From Elainellaceae cyanobacterium (GTDB lineage Bacteria > Cyanobacteriota > Cyanobacteriia > CAZCXK01), in contig JBNPEG010000010.1 of the NCBI GenBank assembly GCA_051117555.1, positions 1-38,063 on the forward strand: DNA of 38,063 nt, written 5' to 3'. Of the stretch, positions 19,499 through 28,465 are shown in pieces. Numbering within the stretch: the first letter of the stretch is position 1; the number at the start of each line of letters is the position of its first letter. The notes under the pieces were generated by a model. That model had not been told where the DNA came from, ran no database searches, and saw only the letters and a program-made list of their open reading frames with translations. Position numbers and translations under genes: made by a program.

Positions 19499-19586
19499 TA
19501 GAGCGATCCTAAATCGCGTGTGAATTGTGAGTGGTGGGGCGGGCTACGTCCGCCCCACCACTCACAACCCATCTGGGATTGCTATA
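19499..19586. mobile_element. MITE-like small dispersed element (88 bp) with imperfect terminal inverted repeats and an internal 18-bp perfect hairpin
   Basis: Left end TAGAGCGATCCTAAAT versus reverse complement of the right end TATAGCAATCCCAGAT (12/16). Internal TTGTGAGTGGTGGGGCGG (19525-19542) pairs with CCGCCCCACCACTCACAA (19550-19567). Confidence 0.65.
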
Positions 19587-19772
19587 GGAATTTCTGACGA
19601 TTTGAGTATAGATGCGGATTGGAGCATCACCCTCCTGTTTTATTTTCGGTTTGAGCATAAGAGGTGCGATTAGAATGCTCAGCATGTCCTACGCTGGGTA
19701 ATATTCTCCAAAGGTCTTTTTTTAAGTCTCTTTAAAGCGTCGTTTGACAGATTAGCTCTGGGCAGAAGGCAA

Positions 19773-21950
19773 GTGATTCAAGGTATGAGATGGATTGGCT
19801 CATTCCCTATCATCGGGATTTTGATTAGCTTGATAGGGGTTTTGCTGGTGGCACAACCCGCAGCAAGAGCAATGACCTTTGAGTCTGAGCACCCGTTGCT
19901 TACGGTTGAACAGCTTCAAGAGCGCATCCAATCGCCCGCTCAAAGCGATGGAATACCCACAATAGATCTGCGCCGTTACACGATTGATTTACGCGCTGAG
20001 AATGAAGCGTTCCGCAACACATTTTATCGGCTGCTGCAAGACCCACTTCAGCAGCGCAGTTCGGCAATAGGTCTGGATCTAAGCAATTGTGTAATTCGCG
20101 GGAACTTGGCAATTCCCAACTTGGGGCTACGCGTGCCTTTGTACGGGCAAAATCTACCCACGATTTTGTCAAGCGACGAGCAAGAACAGCTTCAGCGCGA
20201 TCGCCGTCGGTTGTTTCAGCTTAGTCAACTGTCGCGATCGCTACTCATTCAGGGGCAACCCTCTCCAGTCCAAATTACAGTATTTCGAGGACCGCTCAAA
20301 TTACTTCAGACCCGATTTGAAGGGCGCGTCGATTTCACAAACACCTTTTTTTTAGGTCGTATCGACGCCCAAGGGACAGAATTTCTTCAAGACATTGATG
20401 GGGCAGAGGCGCGATTCAGCCAGACCGTGAGGTTTACGGGCGCAACCTTCCGCAAGGATGTGCGCTGGCGTAATTCAATCTTTTTTAAGCAGATTGACTT
20501 TAATCAAGCACAATTTCAAGGAACACTCAACTTTCAAAGCAGCGTATTTCAGACCACTGCAAACTTCAGTCAAGTTTTTTTTGCAAAATTTGCTAATTTT
20601 AGCCGCATCGAATGGCTAGGAAATGCTGATTTTGCTCAGTCTCAATGGCAAGATCAGGCTTTTTTCAACAAAAGTAAATTTGCTCAGTCGCTGTTTTTAA
20701 CAAAAGCGACATTTGAAGATCGCATCTTGTTTCGAGAAGCTCAGTTTAATGAACCGGTCAATTTACGAGGAGCTAGCATTCTGGGACAAGCCGACTTTGG
20801 CGATGCAACGTTTGCCTCAGACGCATACTTGAATGTTTCAGGGCTCGAATTCAATGCTGAGCAAGCAAAGATACTGGGTAATCCGGGGCAGATTGGTCGA
20901 GTTCTTTCTGTGCCAAGCCTCCAGGGGAATGAAACCCTCTTAAGAAACCTAGTTCGCAATTTTCGCATCTTGGAACAAATTCCTGATGCTAACCAGATGG
21001 AATATACCACTGAGCGACTGCGCTTACGGAAATTGCGCCAACGCCTTTTAGGAACCAATCTGAATACGGCTAGTCTACGCAAGCTTGAGCAAATTGGCCT
21101 GACCAGCAAGCAGGCACTGGCCGTGATTAACAATCGTGATCAGCAACCATTTCAGGATGTTACCGATTTGCTGAAACTCGAAGAGATTGATTTAGCAACC
21201 TATGTCAAAGTGCGCGATCGCACGATTGCAGACATTTCCAACTCAATTCCAGGCTGGATATTCGATGCAGTGCGTTGGCTGGCGTTGAGCTTACTCCTAC
21301 TGCTAACTCGCTATGGAACAAGCTTTTGGCTCATCTTCGGCATCGGAATCCTCTTGACTGCTTATTTTGGTATTTTATTTTGGGTTGTTGACAGACTCCG
21401 GCGATTTTACCCCCAGCCCATTTTGCCCAACAATGAAGAATCCGTTTGGATGTCAGGGAGCTTTAGCATACTCACGCTAATGGGGCTATCTGCGATTTTT
21501 AACACGGCTGAAAATCCGTGGCTGACACTTGCTTGCCTTGGCCTGATTGGAGTGCCTGTTCCGGCCATTCTTCTGATTCTGCTGTATAAGCAGGGTCGCT
21601 ATCATGACCTGATGACATCCAGCTATTTTGTGCAAGACGGAGGAGCGCGCGAGTTACGAATTCTAATTGGCAGACTGCCCGTGATTCCTCAGTTTGCCTT
21701 CTTTCGCGATCGCTACAAGCCTATTCCTTGGGAGCGCCGCTGGAACTGGCTCAACTATTTCGACTTCAGTCTCATCAACTTAGTTCGATTGGGTTTTAAT
21801 GATATTCGGCTTCGAGATGAATGTATGCCAGGACTAATTACGAGCCTCGTCTGGTATCAATGGGCATTGGGGTTGCTCTACATTGCATTACTACTTTGGA
21901 CACTCTCACGAACCATCCCCGGATTAAACTTACTCATCTACTTTAAGTAA
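19773..21950 (+). CDS. Pentapeptide-repeat membrane protein with an HhH-like insert and a C-terminal multi-TM region
   Basis: N-terminal hydrophobic signal, repeats such as F-x-x-A-x-F (ANFSQVFFAKFANFSRIEW...), NLNTASLRKLEQIG HhH-like segment, and about 5-6 C-terminal TM helices. Confidence 0.85.
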   Translation: MIQGMRWIGSFPIIGILISLIGVLLVAQPAARAMTFESEHPLLTVEQLQERIQSPAQSDGIPTIDLRRYTIDLRAENEAFRNTFYRLLQDPLQQRSSAIGLDLSNCVIRGNLAIPNLGLRVPLYGQNLPTILSSDEQEQLQRDRRRLFQLSQLSRSLLIQGQPSPVQITVFRGPLKLLQTRFEGRVDFTNTFFLGRIDAQGTEFLQDIDGAEARFSQTVRFTGATFRKDVRWRNSIFFKQIDFNQAQFQGTLNFQSSVFQTTANFSQVFFAKFANFSRIEWLGNADFAQSQWQDQAFFNKSKFAQSLFLTKATFEDRILFREAQFNEPVNLRGASILGQADFGDATFASDAYLNVSGLEFNAEQAKILGNPGQIGRVLSVPSLQGNETLLRNLVRNFRILEQIPDANQMEYTTERLRLRKLRQRLLGTNLNTASLRKLEQIGLTSKQALAVINNRDQQPFQDVTDLLKLEEIDLATYVKVRDRTIADISNSIPGWIFDAVRWLALSLLLLLTRYGTSFWLIFGIGILLTAYFGILFWVVDRLRRFYPQPILPNNEESVWMSGSFSILTLMGLSAIFNTAENPWLTLACLGLIGVPVPAILLILLYKQGRYHDLMTSSYFVQDGGARELRILIGRLPVIPQFAFFRDRYKPIPWERRWNWLNYFDFSLINLVRLGFNDIRLRDECMPGLITSLVWYQWALGLLYIALLLWTLSRTIPGLNLLIYFK

Positions 21951-22118
21951 TACATCACATTGAATATTCCATTACAAATGCTCACCTCAAAAGAAACTCA
22001 GGACACCAGAGCTTCCATCGAAGTGAGCAAGGGATATTCAGAAAAGTGACTCTTCAACCCAGCAGATACGTAAACGATCTACTACAACGCATGACGCTGC
22101 TTAAGATACGGTCTTATG

Positions 22119-22544
22119 CTAAGGCGTAGTCTGGGCGTTCAACAGATCCTTCAACTTCGATAACTCATCTGCCCAGCGAGGGTCGGGTTGCGCCGCTTGC
22201 GAGTCAGTTGAGCTGCTGCTCTTGCGAGATTTACCTTTCCGGCGATTTCCAGATGGACTTGGCTGAGACGGTGGACCGTCTTCGCTCTTACCCTTAGATC
22301 GAGGGAGCGCCTTCTCAATCTTGAGAGGACTCTCCTTCAGCATATAGCCATTGAACTTTTCAATAATTTGGTCGGCTTGCTCATCACTTTTAACGGTTAC
22401 AAAGGCAAAACCGCGACATTTGCCCGTTTTGCGATCTGTAATAAGCTTAGTCGACACGGAATCGTCAAAATCGGCAAATACAGCCTCTAACTCTTGACGC
22501 TCCAGCTCTTTTGGTAAGTTGCCTACGTAAAGGCGAATAGACAT
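22119..22544 (-). CDS. rbp3: RRM RNA-binding protein, class II (Rbp3/RbpG-like)
   Basis: RNP2 LYVGNL, RNP1 RGFAFVTV, C-terminal QPDPRWADELSKLK typical of the Rbp3 type. GGAGG RBS upstream. Confidence 0.88.
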   Translation of the reverse strand: MSIRLYVGNLPKELERQELEAVFADFDDSVSTKLITDRKTGKCRGFAFVTVKSDEQADQIIEKFNGYMLKESPLKIEKALPRSKGKSEDGPPSQPSPSGNRRKGKSRKSSSSTDSQAAQPDPRWADELSKLKDLLNAQTTP

Positions 22545-23192
22545 AATAGTGGATACCTCCAGACCTCAACTCACGAAACCATCTAAATACATCAATACAA
22601 CTTCGCTTGAGAGTAAAGACTTAGCTGCAGAGAATCGACATACTTGCTAACTTTGATGAAACCTGATGCCTCGCCATTAACTCACGCTTGCGTTCTCTCA
22701 GGCATGTCCCTTTAGAACGTGGAAGAAACTAGCGCAACTCTCGTCATACAAAATGCTTAGTGCATCAAAGACTTGACCAGACTTCTAATACTAACGCATT
22801 ACCTTGACCAGAATAGGGCAACAATCACACCTAATTTACGTCGCTCATAGACATTTGCGCCATTCATTAAAGTACCACGGCACCCGATTCGGAACCACAT
22901 TAAAACAAGAGTGTTTTAGATTAGCGACTAACTGCATCCATCTAAAATCAAACGGTTCCAACATATATGGCTGCCTATAGTTCATATCAAACCCAACCAG
23001 TGAGCAATATTGGGAGTAATGTTGCTATACCAACTAACCCTTTCTCCCACAAACCATTCAACTCAGGAGAGTTTGACATAAACAACATGCAAACAGCGAT
23101 CGACCCTAAAAGCACTGTTAAGAAACGTAACACTAAATCTCGGAATGATGCAACGTCGTCAGGGAGATATTGTTCTGATGAAATACTTAAAG

Positions 23193-24329
23193 TTAAGCAA
23201 GTGCATCTTTTAGAGAATAAACGATTTTCTCTTGTTGCTCAGCCGAAAGTTCTGGATACATAGGTAAAGATAGAACTTCATGGGATGTTTGTTCCGCGTT
23301 GGGAAGCTGACCCGCTTGGTAGCCTAGAAATGTGTAGACAGGCTGCAAATGGATGGGAATGGGATAGTACACTGTTGAGCTGATGCGATCATGCTGGAGA
23401 TGTTGACGAATGCGATCGCGCCAGTTTTCGCCTTCCATTGTTTCCGGTGCAGCCGAGAGCCGAATCGTGTATTGATGCCACACATGATGCCCCCCTTCTA
23501 GCGGTTGTGGATGAATCACATGGGGTAACGGATCAAGCAATCTACTGTAGCGCTCTGCAACTGCCTGTCGTTGCATATTCCACGTATCGAGATAGCGTAA
23601 TTTAACATCCAAAATTGCTGCTTGAAGGGCGTCTAGCCGGCTATTGACCCCGATCGCCTCATGATAGTACGCCTCTTTGCGACCGTGGTCGGCCAACATC
23701 CGAATCCTGGCGGCAATGGTTTCATCTTGGGTCGTAATAGCGCCTCCATCGCCGCAGGCTCCCAGGTTTTTGGTGGGATAAAAGCTAAAGCAACCAATGT
23801 GGCCAATGCTGCCCACTCGCTCTCCTGCCCAATCAGCCCCGACTGCCTGGGCACAATCTTCAATCACCCATAACTGGTGTGCCTGAGCGATCGCCATAAG
23901 CTGAGTCATATCAACGGGTTGCCCAAAAAGATGAACGGGCATAATGGCGCGCGTTTTAGAGGTGATCGCTGGCTCAATTTGAGCCAAATTTAGATTAAAT
24001 GTTTGCGGATCGATGTCAATGAAAACCGGAGTAGCCCCAACTGCGCTAATGACTTCAGCCGTCGCAATGAATGTAAAAGGCGTGGTGATAATCTCATCCC
24101 CAGAACCGATATCGAGTGTTCGAAGCGCCAGATAGAGTGCATCAGTCCCTGAATTGCAGGCAACGCAGTGCTGGGTGCCGATATAGCGAGCAAAATTTTG
24201 CTCAAATGTTTGGACATGCGGTCCCTTGATATATTGCCCAGACGCTAATACCTCGCGTGCTGCGGCGCTAAGTTCAGGCTCAATTGATTGATATTGACCT
24301 GTTAAATCAAGCAGGGGAATTGGGTTCAC
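23193..24329 (-). CDS. DegT/DnrJ/EryC1/StrS-family PLP-dependent aminotransferase
   Basis: NSGTDAL, PVHLFGQ, IEDCAQA, PLP-lysine motif SFYPTKNLGACGDGG. GTG 24329 (VNPIPLLDL) is the likely start; the track start is 24374. Confidence 0.93.
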   Translation of the reverse strand: MNPIPLLDLTGQYQSIEPELSAAAREVLASGQYIKGPHVQTFEQNFARYIGTQHCVACNSGTDALYLALRTLDIGSGDEIITTPFTFIATAEVISAVGATPVFIDIDPQTFNLNLAQIEPAITSKTRAIMPVHLFGQPVDMTQLMAIAQAHQLWVIEDCAQAVGADWAGERVGSIGHIGCFSFYPTKNLGACGDGGAITTQDETIAARIRMLADHGRKEAYYHEAIGVNSRLDALQAAILDVKLRYLDTWNMQRQAVAERYSRLLDPLPHVIHPQPLEGGHHVWHQYTIRLSAAPETMEGENWRDRIRQHLQHDRISSTVYYPIPIHLQPVYTFLGYQAGQLPNAEQTSHEVLSLPMYPELSAEQQEKIVYSLKDALA

Positions 24330-24470
24330 AAGCCTACACCACAAATGTTGTAATCGTGCATCAATAAGCGCCATTGCGCCCAGATTGAAGGTTTACCGTT
24401 GATAAAACTTATAGATCTGGGCATAGATACGATTTAAATCTAGCAATATTCAGATCTATCTTTGCGCCCA

Positions 24471-24508
24471 TGTCAATCTGCTAACGTCAATCTGCTAATG
24501 TCAATCTG
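24471..24508. repeat. Tandem repeat, about 2.7 x 14 bp (YGTCAATCTGCTAA)
   Basis: Units at 24471, 24485 and 24499 in the divergent intergenic region between the aminotransferase and fetB. Confidence 0.8.
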
Positions 24509-24612
24509 TTTTGCATCCTCGCCCCAGGATACGGGGTCTCAATTCAGAAGCAATTCTGAGACAATACGGATGCGGAACACAGCTATGACGCACCCTACTA
24601 GGAGCCCAGACG

Positions 24613-25392
24613 ATGGATGCACTGATTGAACTGGATTTTGTTCGGTTAAGCTGGGCACTCATGTTAATGGTAGTGGCGATCGCCCTCTCCTCGTGGCAGA
24701 AGTTGGGGCTAACCGGAGATTTGGCGATCGCCACGGCTCGAACGATTGTTCAATTGCTTGTGGTCGGCTACTTTCTCTCTGCCGTTTTTGCCTTAGATAA
24801 TCCGTGGGCTGTTCTACTCGTGCTTTTAATTATGCTGTCTGTGGCAGCGATCACAGCCCGCAATCGCATTAGCCAAAAGCTGCCGACTCTACTACCGTGG
24901 GTCGGCGGATCGATTTTTATCAGCACCGCGCTGACGCTGGTATACATTAATTTTCTCGTGATTCAGCCTGAAACATGGTACAGCCCTCAGTATGTGATCC
25001 CCTTGGCAGGCATCGTGTTGGGCAATGTGATGAATGCGGCAGCGATCGCAGGCGAGCGATTTGTGAATACGCTGAACAGCAGTCAAGTCGAAATCGAAAC
25101 TCATCTCAGTTTAGGAGCGACCCCTCAACAGGCTGTTGCTCAACATCGCAAAGACGCCATTAGAGCAGGGCTCATTCCCACCATTAACTCGATGATGGTA
25201 GTCGGCATCGTGAAACTGCCTGGAATTATCACGGGGCAAATTTTGAGCGGAGTAAGCCCATTCAATGCGTCGCTTTATCAAATTTTGATCATGTTTATGC
25301 TGGCATTTGCCGACTTAGTGGTTGCCTTATTTGTGGTGCGAGGCATTTACCAACGGTTTTTCAACTCTGCATCTCAGCTTGTACAACACTAA
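24613..25392 (+). CDS. fetB: UPF0014/FetB (YbbM) ABC-type permease
   Basis: ARTIVQLLVVGYFL, PQYVIPLAGIVLGNVMN, IETHLSLGATP, IPTINSMMVVGIVKLPGIITGQILSG. Confidence 0.88.
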   Translation: MDALIELDFVRLSWALMLMVVAIALSSWQKLGLTGDLAIATARTIVQLLVVGYFLSAVFALDNPWAVLLVLLIMLSVAAITARNRISQKLPTLLPWVGGSIFISTALTLVYINFLVIQPETWYSPQYVIPLAGIVLGNVMNAAAIAGERFVNTLNSSQVEIETHLSLGATPQQAVAQHRKDAIRAGLIPTINSMMVVGIVKLPGIITGQILSGVSPFNASLYQILIMFMLAFADLVVALFVVRGIYQRFFNSASQLVQH

Positions 25393-25416
25393 AGACCGAC
25401 TCCATGCCGCTGTCAT

Positions 25417-27429
25417 CTATTCAATTTCCGGAGTGTATCCTGACAAACTAGGTGCATAGGTCGCAAACAAAGCGCCATTGGCGTCATACAATTCGATCGA
25501 GACATACGCCTCTTCACCAATGGCTGCCAGCGCCTGGAGTAGGGTATTGATTTTGAGTGAAGCATCTTGGGTACCGCTAGACCCATTTGCCGTATTGCTC
25601 GTCACAATGGCTTGCTCGACGATTTGATCGAATTCGGCTGCAATGTAAATCTGGATTGCATCAGAGGCAAGGGTGTAATCGCAAATTTGAGGAGTAGTAT
25701 TACAAATGCGGTCGAGATCAACTTGGGCATCTTGGATGGCGACGGCAAGTCTCAAATTCTGCTGAGCCCGGTCGAGCGCACCTGAATAGGAATTCATCAA
25801 GGGTTGAGCTTGGTCGTAATAGGACGTATCTGTCGGAATTTGCCTCGCCGCTTCTAGTGCCTTTTGCCACGCTGTTACTGCATTGGACCACTGATTGGTT
25901 TGCTCAAAGCGGATAGCCTGCTCGGCAGATGTCAGAGCCTGATTGTAGGATGTCGCTGATGCCTCTGACTGAGTCCACCGGGCATGGGCTGTTGTTAAAC
26001 GGGGCTCATAAATAGCCCGAAGCTGCTGAGCCTCTGCATACGCCATCGTATTGGGAGGAACGTCGTTGATTCGATCGAGCACCACTTGCCACGTTGCATT
26101 CACTAACCGCCACGTTTCTACCGAATCAGCAGAACTTTCGCGAGCTTCAGCCATCTGGGCCGCATTTCTCGTCGCTGAAATCGTTTTATGGGCTTGTTCT
26201 TCTAGCTCAATACGCCGATTAATACTCGCTAAATTGGCCTGATATTCAGCCTGCTTGGATTGAGCAAATGAATAGGCCGTTGCCTGCTCTGGTACGTTTT
26301 CAAGGTGGTCAATGGCCTGAAGCCAAAGCGTTCTTACCTCTTTCCAAACCGACAAAGGATGCGGTGGGTCTTGGCTAAGCTCGGCTGCAGAGAGGGCATG
26401 CTTTTGTGCGGTGACAACATCGCCTAAGTAATTTGCGTCAAATTCATACGCTCTTAGCAATGTCTGAGCCTGCTCATGATGCTCTGACCAAAATGGAATC
26501 CTGCTGAGGCGGTAGTTTGCCTCCAATAATCTATCGTAGGCTTTGATGACTTGCTCAGCCGATTCGGGGGCTTGCATCATTTTTTCTGATTCAAGGGTGA
26601 GCGCCTGGGTTTCTTGTAAGACCTCGCATCCTCCCATAACACATGGACGAGTCAGCGCATACAGTCCTCCCGCTAATCCGATCAGCCCGACGGTGGCGAT
26701 CGCCATTATCGTCGCTGACGGCCATGGGTCAACGTCAGGCAGGATACGGGCTATTGGCGTTTTTTTAATGGCTGCACCCAGTGGAGACGGAGCCACCGGC
26801 GGCATTTGCACCTGCGATGACAGTGAGTCTCGATCAGAGGATGATGACCGAGTGGATGCGGCTGATTGATTGATTTGGGCTGATTCTGACACGTCGATTG
26901 CTGGCTCTAATGGCTCAACGTCTGGATTGGACGATTGACGATCTAGATTGGACTCTAAAATGGGCTCCGGGACAGGCGAGGCGATCGCTGGACTTGATAT
27001 ATCATGCCCCGATTGTTCCTCATCAGATACGAGTGAATGCGCCGTCTCATGCGCCTCACTCGGATGGGGCGAATCGAGCGTTGGTTTGGCATCCATATCA
27101 AAACAGTGAGAGAGATAGGGATACGTCTGCTCTTGGCGTCGAATATATAGGTGAACCGTTTTGAACCACTCAGAATGAAGCTGATCATCCCTTGATTTCG
27201 TCTGAATGGACGTTCGGATGAGTGACTCTAGCGTCTCAAAAATAGGGTGAACATCGAGAGAACCATCGGATAGCTGCTGTACCAAGATCAGCAGAATGTC
27301 TTGCCTAGACGCGCATTTGATCTGAATCAGACCGTCTAAATTCAGTAGGGTCTCAAGGCTCTCTTGCAAATCGTGTCCCAACTTGTGGAGAGCGTTAGAG
27401 GAAATGTTATTCCCGCTATGCAGAGCCAT
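25417..27429 (-). CDS. Hypothetical single-pass membrane protein with a Pro/Ser-rich linker and Trp-containing helical repeats
   Basis: Long ORF (about 670 aa); TM IMAIATVGLIGLAGGLYAL, then RPCVMGGC and repeated W-x-x-A...IP/VP helical units. Start is ATG 27429 or TTG 27435. Confidence 0.8.
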   Translation of the reverse strand: MALHSGNNISSNALHKLGHDLQESLETLLNLDGLIQIKCASRQDILLILVQQLSDGSLDVHPIFETLESLIRTSIQTKSRDDQLHSEWFKTVHLYIRRQEQTYPYLSHCFDMDAKPTLDSPHPSEAHETAHSLVSDEEQSGHDISSPAIASPVPEPILESNLDRQSSNPDVEPLEPAIDVSESAQINQSAASTRSSSSDRDSLSSQVQMPPVAPSPLGAAIKKTPIARILPDVDPWPSATIMAIATVGLIGLAGGLYALTRPCVMGGCEVLQETQALTLESEKMMQAPESAEQVIKAYDRLLEANYRLSRIPFWSEHHEQAQTLLRAYEFDANYLGDVVTAQKHALSAAELSQDPPHPLSVWKEVRTLWLQAIDHLENVPEQATAYSFAQSKQAEYQANLASINRRIELEEQAHKTISATRNAAQMAEARESSADSVETWRLVNATWQVVLDRINDVPPNTMAYAEAQQLRAIYEPRLTTAHARWTQSEASATSYNQALTSAEQAIRFEQTNQWSNAVTAWQKALEAARQIPTDTSYYDQAQPLMNSYSGALDRAQQNLRLAVAIQDAQVDLDRICNTTPQICDYTLASDAIQIYIAAEFDQIVEQAIVTSNTANGSSGTQDASLKINTLLQALAAIGEEAYVSIELYDANGALFATYAPSLSGYTPEIE

Positions 27430-27745
27430 TTCCAAATGTCAATCCCGGTTCAACTAAAATTGATTCAGTCACTCGGGGCGAATGAGTAATTCGGCAACCA
27501 CTACAGTAGAAACAACGAGAACGTAAAAACGACCACGATTTAGATGAATGAACCTCTACAACGCTATCATTCAAATCACACCAAATCGAACCCATGCGAA
27601 CACCAAATCCTGTAAATTCACCGTTGGCTCATACAGATTGACGGTCAGATCAACGAATCTTCATCAGACAAGACGATTTGAGCCAGGGGCGATCGCTCTG
27701 TTATGGATTGCATTAACTAATTTGCACTAAGACGACCCGAGTCGA

Positions 27746-28450
27746 ATGGATATTTTAATCGTTGAAGACGAAGCTGAAATTGCCCAACTCATCAAGCTCT
27801 ACCTCGAAAAAGAGGGATTTTCATGCCACATTTGCCGAGATGGTCTGACTGCTCTCCAAATCTTTCAACGCGATCAGCCCGACTTGATTATTCTCGATCT
27901 CATGATTCCTCAGCTTGATGGGCTCGAAGTGTGCGCGCGAATTCGCCAAACGCCCGGTGCCCATGATCCGTTTATCCTGATGCTGACGGCGAAGGGGGAA
28001 GAAATCGACCGCATTATCGGGCTGTCTACCGGGGCAGACGATTATTTGGTAAAGCCGTTCAGCCCCAGAGAATTGGTCGCTCGAGTGCGTGCATTGCTTC
28101 GTCGCACCCTACGTCATGGCGGACAGACTCAGACCTATCAAACCCGACATTTTACGGTTGACGTTGACCAACGAATTGCCTATCGTCATCTCGAACCCGA
28201 TCAGTCTGACCCATTAGATTTAACAACGCTAGAATTTGATCTGTTAACCACGTTTTTAAGCTATCCAGGACGAGTTTGGAATCGTTCGCAAATCATCGAA
28301 AAGCTATGGGGAAATGATTTTTTTGGAGATGAACGGGTTGTTGATACTCATATTGCTCGACTTCGCAAAAAGATTGAGCCTGATCCAACCACCCCTAGAT
28401 TTGTTAAGACAGTGATCGGAGTGGGATACAAATTTGAAGATGCTGTCTAA
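27746..28450 (+). CDS. rre3: OmpR-family response regulator, Rre3 (Synechocystis Sll0649)-like
   Basis: REC + winged helix. [37 protein letters not shown] and YPGRVWNRSQIIEKLWGNDFFGDERVVDTH match my recollection of Rre3; orthology not verified. Confidence 0.9.
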   Translation: MDILIVEDEAEIAQLIKLYLEKEGFSCHICRDGLTALQIFQRDQPDLIILDLMIPQLDGLEVCARIRQTPGAHDPFILMLTAKGEEIDRIIGLSTGADDYLVKPFSPRELVARVRALLRRTLRHGGQTQTYQTRHFTVDVDQRIAYRHLEPDQSDPLDLTTLEFDLLTTFLSYPGRVWNRSQIIEKLWGNDFFGDERVVDTHIARLRKKIEPDPTTPRFVKTVIGVGYKFEDAV

Positions 28451-28465
28451 GCCCGCTCGATAGTC

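Noticed and set aside
22967..23263. 98-aa plus-strand ORF
   Set aside because: It overlaps the aminotransferase 3' end in antisense and has no recognisable domain.
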